From a virus, in IMG/VR virus record IMGVR_UViG_3300017991_000060, positions 1 to 64,000 of that record: 64,000 nt of DNA. The stretch is one strand, 5' to 3'. Each line of letters opens with the position of its first letter. Position 1 is the first letter of the stretch. Positions 1 through 9,506 of the stretch are shown one piece after another. Position numbers and translations under genes: made by a program. The notes under the pieces are model-generated. The model searched no databases and had not been told where the DNA came from. It saw nothing but the letters and a program-made list of their open reading frames with translations.

Positions 1-2
1 CA

Positions 3-413
3 CCTACCAAGGAACCACCACCCGCCCTTCCGCTTGCACTCGCCCTCCCGCTTGATCTTCTTCCACTCCCGCTCCTCCCAGTCCTTCGCCCACTTGGGGG
101 TACCCTGGTGAGCCGCCACCGCACCCCCGGCCGCCGCGGCGACGAAGGGGAACACTTCGTCAAGCTGCCTGCCGGATCGGCTGGACTGGTAGGAGTACCG
201 GAGGCTCTCCGAGAGGTGGAACTCGCCCCCGAGGGCCTCGGCGTCATCCCCGAGCATGTCCGCCACCCTGGAGTCGGTGGTGTAGGCCGTCACCCAGGTG
301 CCGGACTTCTCGGACTTGACACGCCATCGGTACGGTGGCTTCATCTCGATGAGGCGTTCGAACGCGACCGCCTCCGCATCGCCAGGGAACTCGAACGCCA
401 AACGGAATCTCAT
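3..413 (-). CDS. Hypothetical protein, runs off the left edge; carries an internal LSE-SLR-YSYQ-SSRSGRQ-LDE motif
   Basis: Manual translation from ATG 413 (ATGA overlap with the upstream stop): MRFRLAFEFPG...EFHLSESLRYSYQSSRSGRQLDEVFPF..., open to the window edge; not in the ORF track. Confidence 0.75.
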   Translation of the reverse strand, partial: MRFRLAFEFPGDAEAVAFERLIEMKPPYRWRVKSEKSGTWVTAYTTDSRVADMLGDDAEALGGEFHLSESLRYSYQSSRSGRQLDEVFPFVAAAAGGAVAAHQGTPKWAKDWEEREWKKIKREGECKRKGGWWFLGR

Positions 414-3400
414 CTTACCCTCCGATCCGACTTGCGTTTCCGCTTCGCTAGCCACTTGTCGTTGGCGCGCTTCCAGTCCGCTCGGATGTCGTCCTTCGTG
501 ACCTTCCCTGCGATGTACTTCTTGGCAAGCCCGATAGTGCGCGCGCCTGCTGGCTCGATCCCAAGCTCGCGGCCTTTCTCCGTAGGCTCGACCTGGAACG
601 TCCGTACCACCCTGGTGATGCTGTCACCGTAGGGACTGTCCGACTTCCGCACCATCATCTCGTCTTGGATCTTGTTGACCCGCGCGAGGTCCGAGACGAA
701 AACGTCGCTCTTGAGCACCATGCCCAAGTATCGAAACGCTTCTGTGACCCACAGGCGTCGTTTGCCGCTCGCGAACTCAGGCTGGAGGACTGACGCCCAC
801 AACAGACGCCGCGCGAGGTTGCGCGCGCCCTCTTTCAGTTTGCTCTCCGCCACCTGGAGGACCTCCAGGTCCGGGTACTCATCGGCCAGGTCCGCTACAG
901 CCTTCTCCGCGTCGGGCTCACAGTGGTGCCCCCAGGGCTCCAGCTTCCCGCCGCGCTTCCGGTCGAACTTGGACACTTGCCACGGGCGGCCGGGATCACA
1001 GTCACCGCGGACGGAACGGTGAATCATGAACTCCTGGCGGTTCTTCTTGGATCGTAGGTGCACGCCGTGCTTCGCGCCGCGAACCTTGCGGACCATCACG
1101 TTGGAACGCTCCGCGGTGCGGGCCATGCCCCGGATGACGTCCTTCATCGGCCCTTCGATGCGGAGCCGCTTGAAGCGGTCCTCGAACTCCTGGTAGGTCA
1201 TCGCTCCGTTCTTCACCTTGTCCAGAAGGTCGAACCCGAGGCCCAGGTCGTCTCCCTTCGCCTCGGCTAGCTCCTTTGGCGTGAGCTTCCAGGCGAGGAC
1301 CGGCCCTTGTAGCCGCTCGGCGTTGAACATGGCCCCGAAGAAGTTCTGCCAGTCCTGGTCGCTCCAGCCGCACTGGTAGCCCTTCGTCGTCTCGCCCCAG
1401 TCGCCCTTGTCCTCCGTGCGGTGGATCGCGGCGAGGATCTTCCCGCCCGGCTTTAGGAGACCGCGGGCGGCCATGAGGACCTGGTGGCGGAGTGCCATCG
1501 TGGGGACCACGTTCAGCACGTAGTTCACCATGATGGTGTCGTACCGTTTCAGGAGCGGCTTGATGTCCGGGTGGTGCACGGGGTCGTACCGGGCGAAATC
1601 GTGCACATCGTGGCCCGCGCCATAATCGAGGACATCCCCGGTGAGTAAGCCCTGGTCCTGGTACATCTTCGCCGGCCGGCTGATCTCCTTCCGCGCGAGG
1701 GCTGTGGCCCCGCCCATCACCTTGTCGATGGTGGCGTCCTCGACGATCTCCCTCCCCAGGTAGGCTTTGGTCAGGGCGTCGCTCGCGTGGGCGGCGACCT
1801 CGAACGGGCACGCCACGCTCTCCCCGCGCTTCTTCATCGCCTCCGTCAGCTTCGGAACGACCTCCGCCTCCCAGTACTTCTTGTAACCGATGCGGTTCCG
1901 GTCGGGGTTCAGCTTCTCCCAGGCGGAGGAGCGCGCCTTGCTCGCCTCCACGTCGAAGCCCTGATAGTCGTCTCGGACGAAGGCCCACTTGTGGTGGTAT
2001 ATCTGGGGGTTCTCCGCGTTGTAGGGACGATGTGCCGCCTGGGCCACACCCTTCGCCACGCTCCAAGAGTCGCCCACCGTCGGCTCATCCGCGGCGTTCC
2101 AGTCGGGGGAGCTGGTGAACGTCACCTCGTCCGTCTGGCGGTCCCATCGGATGATGGAGTACCGCGCATCCTGGGGGAGCGCCTTCTCGGCCTCGGCCAC
2201 CCGCTCGTTCGGGATGGGCGAGTCGTCGAGGGCGGTGTGATGCACGTAGACCTTAGAGCCCACGACCTTGCCGGGTTGCCGCGCTTCTGACTCCGTGACC
2301 ATCAGCCCAGAGGACTCCTCCAGGCTGGCGCCGAGGCGGCCGACGTTCGGGTTGAAGTCGTAGGAGTACCCGTCCGGGCTCCGCCGGAGCGACTTGTCCA
2401 GGAGGTTGTCGATGGAATCGCCCAGCCCCTCGATGCCGGAACGGCTGAGCTCGTACCAGTCCCCATCCGTCGGGTCCCAGACAAAGAGGTCTCGTGCCGG
2501 GACAGACCCCCGCGAGAAGTAGTAGTCGTACTTGTTCTCCATGTCCTCGCGGTACTCGACCCCGTGCCGCTTCTTCACCTGGTAGGAGAGGACCACCACC
2601 GTACGGTCCCGGTGCGCCTCACGCCACTTCTCCTCCAACTCCTCCGGGTCGCCCCAACTGACGTAGAACTCTTCCCACTCCTCTTCTGTCTCCGGCTTCT
2701 CATCGAGAGGGGGGAACTCTGGGGCGCCGTACTCTGCGTGTTGTCCGAGCACGATATACCAGTTGTCCACGCGGTCGGCCGTCGCGACGAACACCTTGCC
2801 CCGGCTGTGTCCGGCGTAGGCCGGGGCGGTCGCGCCGATTCCACCACCCCCGGCGCCCGGCTTCAGCCCGTGGCGTCGAATGCTTTCCAGATGCCCGAAG
2901 TACGTGACGTGGTAGAGCCAAGTGTCCTCCGGCACATTGACCTTGTCTCGGAAGGCCATCTCCGCCAGCTCGGGGGCGGACTCGGCCGCGCGGTGGATGC
3001 GTGCGCCACTATGCTTCAACAGTGCCTCCAGCCCGAAGTGCTTGGGGCGGAGACGCTGTAGCTCGTCCCAAGTCACCCACTCCGCCAGCGCGGTTTCCCA
3101 GTTGAGCTTTGGTTCGAACTCCTCATCCACGAGGCCGATGAAGTTCGAGTACCGGAAGCCGCCCCCAGGCGATGTGAACACGTAGGCGGGGAAGAGATCG
3201 ATGTCACCGCGGTACCCAAGCTCTTCCTCAATCTCTCGAAGCGCGGCCTTCTTCGGGTCCTCCCCCGCATCAATGGCTCCCCCAAAGACGCCCCAGGTGT
3301 TGGGCTCGTTTACGTGGGGGGAACGTAGGCCAACCAAGATGCGGCCGGTCCTGGGGCAGATGGGAAGCACCCCAGCGCCAGCGTTGCCCCAGAACGGCTC

Positions 3401-3472
3401 ACCGCCAGCGTGGGTGTACGCCGCTTCTAGAAAGTCCCGCACCCATTTCCCGGCGATCTCAGAGAGGTTCAT
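410..3472 (-). CDS. Polyvalent polyprotein: NUDIX hydrolase, ADP-ribosyltransferase-like, Dnd-associated-MTase-like domain, class I SAM methyltransferase and two unknown modules
   Basis: Nudix box GGAIDAGEDPKKAALREIEEELG; YHVTYFGHLESIRRHGLKP; GKVVGSKVYVHH...YHHKWAFVRDDY; VLDYGAG...NYVLNVV; GGAGG RBS before ATG 3472. Confidence 0.8.
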   Translation of the reverse strand: MNLSEIAGKWVRDFLEAAYTHAGGEPFWGNAGAGVLPICPRTGRILVGLRSPHVNEPNTWGVFGGAIDAGEDPKKAALREIEEELGYRGDIDLFPAYVFTSPGGGFRYSNFIGLVDEEFEPKLNWETALAEWVTWDELQRLRPKHFGLEALLKHSGARIHRAAESAPELAEMAFRDKVNVPEDTWLYHVTYFGHLESIRRHGLKPGAGGGGIGATAPAYAGHSRGKVFVATADRVDNWYIVLGQHAEYGAPEFPPLDEKPETEEEWEEFYVSWGDPEELEEKWREAHRDRTVVVLSYQVKKRHGVEYREDMENKYDYYFSRGSVPARDLFVWDPTDGDWYELSRSGIEGLGDSIDNLLDKSLRRSPDGYSYDFNPNVGRLGASLEESSGLMVTESEARQPGKVVGSKVYVHHTALDDSPIPNERVAEAEKALPQDARYSIIRWDRQTDEVTFTSSPDWNAADEPTVGDSWSVAKGVAQAAHRPYNAENPQIYHHKWAFVRDDYQGFDVEASKARSSAWEKLNPDRNRIGYKKYWEAEVVPKLTEAMKKRGESVACPFEVAAHASDALTKAYLGREIVEDATIDKVMGGATALARKEISRPAKMYQDQGLLTGDVLDYGAGHDVHDFARYDPVHHPDIKPLLKRYDTIMVNYVLNVVPTMALRHQVLMAARGLLKPGGKILAAIHRTEDKGDWGETTKGYQCGWSDQDWQNFFGAMFNAERLQGPVLAWKLTPKELAEAKGDDLGLGFDLLDKVKNGAMTYQEFEDRFKRLRIEGPMKDVIRGMARTAERSNVMVRKVRGAKHGVHLRSKKNRQEFMIHRSVRGDCDPGRPWQVSKFDRKRGGKLEPWGHHCEPDAEKAVADLADEYPDLEVLQVAESKLKEGARNLARRLLWASVLQPEFASGKRRLWVTEAFRYLGMVLKSDVFVSDLARVNKIQDEMMVRKSDSPYGDSITRVVRTFQVEPTEKGRELGIEPAGARTIGLAKKYIAGKVTKDDIRADWKRANDKWLAKRKRKSDRRVR

Positions 3473-3537
3473 ACCGTCCTCCATCCCCTGGAGGATACCA
3501 AGCTCGGCAGCCAGCGGCTAGAGAGCTCCTCCCTACC

Positions 3538-3568
3538 GTTTGACAGACGGGGCGCAATCGGGTATTGT
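3538..3568 (+). promoter_or_regulatory. sigma70-type promoter
   Basis: GT-TTGACA-N17-TATTGT upstream of the plus-strand cassette. Confidence 0.8.
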
Positions 3569-3606
3569 TGCCCCTGGGGCAATGGTGCCCAGGAAAGGAG
3601 CGAACC

Positions 3607-4224
3607 GTGAGCAACATATTCGTGTGCGAGCACCGGGGCTACGCGATCACCATCAACTGCAATGGGAGGTTCCTGGCGGAAGTGCCGAGCCTCCGAAACG
3701 ACGACACCATCCACCACATCAGCGAGAAGACTCTCGACGACGCGAAGGCCGCCATCGACGCGAAGATCGGCGCGGACAAGCGGAAGCCCATCAACATCCC
3801 TGTCACCGTGGTAGGGCTCGACGACGGCCGGAAGTACAGCGCCAACCGACGGCCCGAGCGCGTGGTGGACGGGACCCTCATCGGCATCAACGCCTCCAGC
3901 GGGAAGTTCCGCGTCAAGGACAAAGACGCGACCCACCAGTTCACCTCGAACTACGGCAAGTGCCAAGTGATCCTCCAGGACGACCCGGAACGCGATGCGA
4001 TCCTCGCGGCCTTCCGCAAGATGAACGACGCCGACAAGGCGGCTCGTGAGGCAACCGATGCGTTCAGGGCTGCCATCAAGGGGCACGTCATCGAGGGCGG
4101 CGGCTACGGCACGAACAGCCACAACGTCATCGAGAAGGAGCGGGCTCTCGTCGAGAAAGCGGAGAGCCTCCGCGCCTCCTGGGCTAAGACGGGGAAGGCT
4201 AAGAAGAAGGGGAAGGGGAAGTAG
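3607..4224 (+). CDS. Hypothetical protein
   Basis: GTG start after AGGAG; GC3-rich codons; basic C-terminus. Confidence 0.75.
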   Translation: MSNIFVCEHRGYAITINCNGRFLAEVPSLRNDDTIHHISEKTLDDAKAAIDAKIGADKRKPINIPVTVVGLDDGRKYSANRRPERVVDGTLIGINASSGKFRVKDKDATHQFTSNYGKCQVILQDDPERDAILAAFRKMNDADKAAREATDAFRAAIKGHVIEGGGYGTNSHNVIEKERALVEKAESLRASWAKTGKAKKKGKGK

Positions 4225-4225
4225 G

Positions 4226-4723
4226 ATGGGCGAGAGCTCGCACGAGACGCAGACCCGCGAGCTCCTCGCGGAGCACGGGAAGTACATCCGGAACACGAAG
4301 CACGGCGAGCTCTGGGAGATCCCGGTCGGTACCTCCGGCCGGGTGATGACCCCGGACTCGAACGGGCACGGCGGAGGGGGTGGTGCGGAGCACCGCGCCT
4401 GGAAGAACGCCCTGGCGGATGTCCGCCGGGTGCTGCGTGAACACCAGCGGCCGGAGGCCGATGAGGAGGACGACGTGGCGACAACCAGGACGGAGATGAT
4501 CCAAGCGGCCGGGGTCCACCTAGAGACGACGACGAAGAAGATTGTGGAGCGCACAACTCGCGCGGTGCTTGACAAGGCGGCGCTTCTACAGATCGTGCTC
4601 GGCATCGACGGGATCGACGACGGTGACACCGTGAAGCTCGACATCGAGGACCTCGGAATCGAGGCCGTGCTCGGGGCCAACTTCCATTGCACCGTCACGC
4701 ACATCAGCGTCAGAGAGGAGTAG
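4226..4723 (+). CDS. Hypothetical protein with HicA-like N-terminal domain
   Basis: RNTKHGELW...RAWKNALADVRRVL pattern; ATG one base after the upstream TAG. Confidence 0.5.
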   Translation: MGESSHETQTRELLAEHGKYIRNTKHGELWEIPVGTSGRVMTPDSNGHGGGGGAEHRAWKNALADVRRVLREHQRPEADEEDDVATTRTEMIQAAGVHLETTTKKIVERTTRAVLDKAALLQIVLGIDGIDDGDTVKLDIEDLGIEAVLGANFHCTVTHISVREE

Positions 4724-4726
4724 GCC

Positions 4727-5089
4727 ATGATCGACATCAAGGCGGAGGGCGTTCCGCTCGGGCGCACGAGCGGCATCATCATGGCGGCGGCCGACAGTCT
4801 GCACCCGCTCGTCGCCCGCTACCAGGCCGGGCGCGCTGACCTGGAGCGGACGTGCCTGTGCATCGAGCACGAGGTTCGCACGGCCGCCCTCGGATGTGGT
4901 GGGAACTGGAAGGACATCCGGGTCATGTGCGACGCGGCCACGCAGTCGCCGGAGACGCTAGAAGCACGCAAGGTGCGCCTCACGTTCGGCATCAAGGTAG
5001 GGCCGACCCCGGAATGGACTGGCGGCCACTTCATCCTGGGATGCGAGCTCGGCGCGTTGATGGTTGAGTACCAACCGTGGGAGGTGTAA
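4727..5089 (+). CDS. Hypothetical protein
   Basis: ORF coupled in the plus-strand cassette. Confidence 0.65.
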   Translation: MIDIKAEGVPLGRTSGIIMAAADSLHPLVARYQAGRADLERTCLCIEHEVRTAALGCGGNWKDIRVMCDAATQSPETLEARKVRLTFGIKVGPTPEWTGGHFILGCELGALMVEYQPWEV

Positions 5090-5090
5090 C

Positions 5091-5321
5091 GTGGGAGAGA
5101 CGTGTTGTCTGTACCGCCGGAAGCTGGTCATCGGCTTGCTCGCCGTGCTCCCCGAGGAGGAGTGCGGGGTGAAGGACTCCGAGGTGGCCGACCTCATCGA
5201 CTTCGACCTCCAAGCCCCCTCGGGGAAGCCCGTCATCCGGGTACGCTTCTGCCCCTGGTGCGGGAAGCCCTGGGATGGGAAGTCGGAACAACGCATCGTG
5301 GACATCAAAGGAGTTAGCTGA
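5091..5321 (+). CDS. Small Cys-containing hypothetical protein
   Basis: GTG after GGGAGG; CC...FCPWCGK. Confidence 0.6.
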   Translation: MGETCCLYRRKLVIGLLAVLPEEECGVKDSEVADLIDFDLQAPSGKPVIRVRFCPWCGKPWDGKSEQRIVDIKGVS

Positions 5322-5574
5322 TGACTGACATCAACTTTCTTCAAGTACTTGGTGTGCGGCCGGACGTACTCTGCCGCTGTCAGTGAGCTGTGGTAGTCTC
5401 CCTGGTGAGAGCTGCCCCCCGGCGGCAGCCGTACCTAGGAAATGAGAAGGGGAGGCCGGGGTGAACCGGAAGGCGCGGGAGGGTGATTGACCTTTGCGGA
5501 GTGACTGACCCCGAACACCGAGCCAGGTACGACGCCCACCCGACAACGGCGGGCGCTCTCTTTGCACGGGTCAG

Positions 5575-5850
5575 CTAGAAGTCCACCATCGCGCGGTGGA
5601 ACCTATCCTCTGGTGTGGAGAGGGTCTTCCTCAGTATGGGTCCGATCCCGGCGATGTAGGCGATCTCCTCCGGGTTCCCCCCAGCCGCCACCACCCTCTT
5701 CTTGAGTCGCCCCTTCGCGAGCTGGAGCGCCCTCCAAGAGTGCACGCCGCGGGGGCCGTCGAAGGTTCGCGTCCTGAGGTGGTAGTAGCAGGGGCCGGGG
5801 AGGGAGAACACCCAGGCCCGGTCCTCGGGGGAGAGGTCGGAGAGGCTCAT
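5575..5850 (-). CDS. Hypothetical protein ending FHRAMVDF
   Basis: ORF track; ATGA coupling. Confidence 0.65.
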   Translation of the reverse strand: MSLSDLSPEDRAWVFSLPGPCYYHLRTRTFDGPRGVHSWRALQLAKGRLKKRVVAAGGNPEEIAYIAGIGPILRKTLSTPEDRFHRAMVDF

Positions 5851-6356
5851 TGCTCGGCCACCTCCGCCACCGCCTGTTCCACGTAGACCCGACGGGGAGG
5901 GGCCTTCCCCGCGGGCCAGCGTCGCATCACCTCCGCCACCACATCCACGGGCGTGGCGGGATCGCGCTCCGGGTTGAGCGGGCCGACGTGGGGCTTGGAC
6001 ACGACCTCGCGGGCGATGCGAGATGCCACCCGCCGTTCCTCCCCGGCGCGCTCCACCTCATCCCGCGCGGCTTCCTTCGCCCCTTCCTGAAGCTCGCGCC
6101 GTGTCCTCTCCAGTTCATCCCTGGTGTCCTGGAGCTCCACCTCGACGGCCTCCCGGCGCTCCTCCGCGTCGTGTAGGCGCGTCTCGTTCCGGTCCGTCCT
6201 CACCACGGCCCAGGCCGCGATGAACGCGGGGATGGACGCCACCAGGATGGGGCGCACCCACTTCTCCGCCCACCCCGCGCGATCCACGAGCTCTACCTTC
6301 CGCACGCCCTCCGGCTCCGGGCCGGGCTTCTCCACCGAGTACCCCATCCGTCCCAT
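5847..6356 (-). CDS. Membrane-anchored coiled-coil protein
   Basis: Hydrophobic segment ILVASIPAFIAAWAVV followed by a coiled coil. Confidence 0.6.
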   Translation of the reverse strand: MGRMGYSVEKPGPEPEGVRKVELVDRAGWAEKWVRPILVASIPAFIAAWAVVRTDRNETRLHDAEERREAVEVELQDTRDELERTRRELQEGAKEAARDEVERAGEERRVASRIAREVVSKPHVGPLNPERDPATPVDVVAEVMRRWPAGKAPPRRVYVEQAVAEVAEQ

Positions 6357-6360
6357 CTTC

Positions 6361-6789
6361 CTACCGCACCTCGCGGGCGAACACCTCGAACGCCTGGATC
6401 ATAGCATCCAGGTGGGCGTCATCGATGGTGGTCCCGCGCCCCGAGCACGTCACGTCCCGGCCGTTCACGGTGAACCCGAGGTCCACGACTTCATCCCCGT
6501 CGGGGAGGTGGCGGCCCTTCACCGCGATCCGCCCTACCCGGTCCAGGAACTCCTTCACGATGGCGGGGAGGGGCCGCTCGTTCGTGTACACCCCGGCGAT
6601 GGGGGTGGGCTGCCGCCCGGCCTCCTGGCCCCGCCGGAAGCCCTCCTCAAACCCTTTGGCGTGACCTACCTCGTAACCCTTGGCCCAAGGGATTTCCAGG
6701 GGGGCCTTTGGGACCTCCCCCAGTTGTACCACGTCCCCGTCCACCGTCATCCGTACGTTCTCGTTGGTCGTCAACTTGTCCTCCGTCAT
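6361..6789 (-). CDS. Hypothetical protein
   Basis: RBS GGGAGG before ATG 6789. Confidence 0.6.
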   Translation of the reverse strand: MTEDKLTTNENVRMTVDGDVVQLGEVPKAPLEIPWAKGYEVGHAKGFEEGFRRGQEAGRQPTPIAGVYTNERPLPAIVKEFLDRVGRIAVKGRHLPDGDEVVDLGFTVNGRDVTCSGRGTTIDDAHLDAMIQAFEVFAREVR

Positions 6790-6791
6790 CG

Positions 6792-7031
6792 TCACCTCCC
6801 CGTGCGGCGGCCCGGCCGGATTCGAGGGGCTCGCCACTTCGCGTGTTTTTGAGGTAGGGTTATCCTCCCCACCATCCCCTCACCACATCCACGAGGCCCT
6901 TCCCCGCGGCGTACATCAGGAACAGCACCGGCCATCCGGAACACTCCAGACGAGGCAGCTCCAGTCCGGCGGGGGCAGTTGCAGTAGCCGTCGTGGTCCC
7001 AGTCCCGGTCCTCTAGACTCGCCCCTGTCAT
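6792..7031 (-). CDS. Small hypothetical protein
   Basis: ATGA overlap with the HNH gene stop. Confidence 0.4.
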   Translation of the reverse strand: MTGASLEDRDWDHDGYCNCPRRTGAASSGVFRMAGAVPDVRRGEGPRGCGEGMVGRITLPQKHAKWRAPRIRPGRRTGR

Positions 7032-7774
7032 CGCGCCACGCCCAGGGCACACTCAGGTAGCATCCACCGCTCACCGCGTCCGTCCGCGCGGCACATCGCC
7101 TCCGGGAACTCCCCAGCGAGGACCCGCTTGCGGACGAGGTGCCTGGAGGTCCCGAGGCGGCCGGCGGCCTGGGGGAGCGTGAACCACCTCTCCCCCGGCG
7201 CGGAGTCCGGCCCGTCCCATCGTAGGCCGAGCACCTCCGCGGCCTCCCGCATCGACTCCAGCGGCTCCGCGTGCCTCCACGTCTCCCCCCGCTGGATCGC
7301 GCACACGTACGTCGGATCGAACCCGAGCGCCTCCCCGATCTCCTTCGGCTGGATCGGCCCGGTGGCGAGGGTTCGCACGGCGCTCGCTTGTAGCGAAGAG
7401 AGGATGGCCCGGCCGTTCTCCTCCCCGACCTGGGGCACCGTGTTCTCCTTGTGCGTCACCCACTGGAGGTTCGAGGCCCGGTTGTCCGTCTTGTTCCTGT
7501 TCTTGTGGTCAACGATGTAGCCCGGCTCAGGCATCGGGTCCAGGAACGCCTCCGCCACCAGACTGTGCACCGTACGCGAGGTGTTTACCTTGGGACCGAG
7601 GTCCGGCCGGTACAGGAGCACGCTCAAGTACCCCTTACTCGTGGGGGCGGGCCTGAGTCGATGCCACCTCCCACCTCGAACGCTGGAGAACACCTTCCCC
7701 TTCCTGGTCACGCAATAGCACGGGAACTCCACAATCCGACGGGCACCCTCCGGCACCGGCAGTCGCTCGCTCAT
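7028..7774 (-). CDS. HNH homing endonuclease (NUMOD4-HNH type) with C-terminal HTH
   Basis: KGYLSVLL...TVHSLVAEAFL...VDHKNRNKTDNRASNLQWVTHKEN. Confidence 0.85.
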   Translation of the reverse strand: MSERLPVPEGARRIVEFPCYCVTRKGKVFSSVRGGRWHRLRPAPTSKGYLSVLLYRPDLGPKVNTSRTVHSLVAEAFLDPMPEPGYIVDHKNRNKTDNRASNLQWVTHKENTVPQVGEENGRAILSSLQASAVRTLATGPIQPKEIGEALGFDPTYVCAIQRGETWRHAEPLESMREAAEVLGLRWDGPDSAPGERWFTLPQAAGRLGTSRHLVRKRVLAGEFPEAMCRADGRGERWMLPECALGVAR

Positions 7775-8061
7775 CCTCCACCTCCTGAGCACCACCATAC
7801 CCCAAGCCACCGCTCGGGCTCCAGACTAAACCTGTAGGGTTATCCGGGATGAATTGATGCCTCAGATTTCGTCCAGCCCTCGCGCGCTTTGGATCTCGGG
7901 CGGCGACCCCCACCCCCATCCCCCCGCTGACGGGATGCCTCGACCTCGCCGCGGGAGAGCTCCGCCGACGCCCAGGAAGGCATGTTGTAGTCCGTCGGTC
8001 AGGCGGCGAGAGCTCGACGAGCTCGTTCTGGCGAGCTCCTCACGCCGAGATGGGGTGTTCT

Positions 8062-8958
8062 TCAGAAGGGCTCATCAGCATCGGGCATCGTCGGAGCGAT
8101 CCCGCCGGACTCCTCCACCGGCTCGGGCGTCACCACCTCCGCCTCGACCGGCCGTGCGGAGTCGGCGTCGAGGACCTGGGCACGCGCTGTGGCGCCCGCC
8201 GCGAGAGAGGAGAGGAGCGTGCGGACCGTCTCGCGCTCCGCGGCCGAGATGGAGGAGGGCACCTGGAGCACCTCGTCTCGGCCGGAGTACTGGTCGAGCG
8301 GCGAGCCCGCGGCGACCTGGGCGGGCGGCGTCTTAGCCTCATCGATGGCGAGCTTGATGGCCTTGAGCACCATGTCCTCCCCCGTCTTGAGCTCCGCGAG
8401 AGTCTGACTCGCGATCCCTACGAGGTCCTTCGTCGGTGTGGGGCCGCCGTTCTCTCCGCCCTGGGTGATACGCCAGTCCGCGCCGAGCTCCCGGTTCGTC
8501 GCGTCGAGTCTGGCGACGGCCTGGCCGTGCAGTTCGAGCCGCGCGGAGATGAGCCCGAGCAACGCGACGCGGAGACGGTCGCGCACCGGCCCGGCCATGA
8601 TGTAGGCGGCGACCTCATCGGCCAGCGACGCCACGAACTCGGGTCGGGCCTCCAGGTGCGAGGCGACGACGCGGACTAGCTCGCCTGGCGGAGCTTGGCG
8701 AGACGAGCTTGCCGAGCTCTCCCCGTTGCTACAACCGGCCGGGAGCCCAGTGCGGGCGCGGGATACGGGCGGGGCAGAGGCATCCTGACTGAACAGGCGA
8801 GCGTACCGAGCCGCTGTGTACCCGTGCGTTTGCAGATGAGCCTTCGTCAACCGCTTGAACCGCTTCCCACACAACTGGCAGACCACCCCGTTGTCTGTAC
8901 GCGCCTTGCGAGTCGCTTTCTTTCTGGGCTTCCCCGACATATTGCTCTTGCCCGCCAT
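8062..8958 (-). CDS. Ros/MucR-like zinc-finger protein with C-terminal DEPF
   Basis: VVCQLCGKRFKRLTKAHLQTHGYTAARY; GGAGG before ATG 8958. Confidence 0.6.
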   Translation of the reverse strand: MAGKSNMSGKPRKKATRKARTDNGVVCQLCGKRFKRLTKAHLQTHGYTAARYARLFSQDASAPPVSRARTGLPAGCSNGESSASSSRQAPPGELVRVVASHLEARPEFVASLADEVAAYIMAGPVRDRLRVALLGLISARLELHGQAVARLDATNRELGADWRITQGGENGGPTPTKDLVGIASQTLAELKTGEDMVLKAIKLAIDEAKTPPAQVAAGSPLDQYSGRDEVLQVPSSISAAERETVRTLLSSLAAGATARAQVLDADSARPVEAEVVTPEPVEESGGIAPTMPDADEPF

Positions 8959-9177
8959 ATACTGTCCTCCATATACATCGGTCCACATGCATGTCTCGGT
9001 ATACCCTACGACATATGTGCCCCGCAATGGAAGAGTTTGTAATGAGGTTTTGAATACTAGGATGTCTGAATACGGCTCTATACCTACATTCCTTCGTGCC
9101 TGTTCGTGGGGATATTCTCTGGTGGGGATCCGATTGAAGTCAGCAGGTTGGTGGAGGTTGGTGGAGGTCAGTGGGGG

Positions 9178-9414
9178 TCAGTACGTCCTGGGGGGAGACT
9201 GCGGGCTTCGGTGTCGTTCACAGAGGGAAGGGCCGGGGCAACGCGGGGGCTTGTCGTGGGCGGTGGCGCTGTGGCAGCACAAGAACACTGGGGAGAGCTC
9301 GGCCTGGACGGACTCGACGAAGAAACGCGTGCGGTAGGTGCACGGGATGATGGAAGGGCAAGGGCAACAGCAACGGGGGCGGTGAGGGTGCGTCCTCTGG
9401 TCGTGGGTATTCAT
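9178..9414 (-). CDS. Small Cys/His-rich hypothetical protein
   Basis: ATGA coupling; multiple Cys and His. Confidence 0.35.
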   Translation of the reverse strand: MNTHDQRTHPHRPRCCCPCPSIIPCTYRTRFFVESVQAELSPVFLCCHSATAHDKPPRCPGPSLCERHRSPQSPPRTY

Positions 9415-9503
9415 AGTCGCGGTCCTTCCCTCTCGTTCAGGATGACGAGAAGCGCAAACGCCATGAGGAACGCGGCAAGGGCGATGGTCGCTCCGGTGCC
9501 CAC
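9411..9503 (-). CDS. Small single-pass membrane peptide
   Basis: Manual translation MGTGATIALAAFLMAFALLVILNEREGPRL. Confidence 0.4.
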   Translation of the reverse strand: MGTGATIALAAFLMAFALLVILNEREGPRL

Positions 9504-9506
9504 GGC

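Noticed and set aside
1180-1205. MTYQEF inside the 410-3472 polyprotein matches the T4 targeting peptide MKTYQEF
   Set aside because: Mid-module, not next to a start or a flanking E-site pair; a common helix-start motif, so likely chance.
5533-5565. Possible bidirectional terminator between convergent genes
   Set aside because: Stem has a mismatch and a weak U-tract; too uncertain to call.
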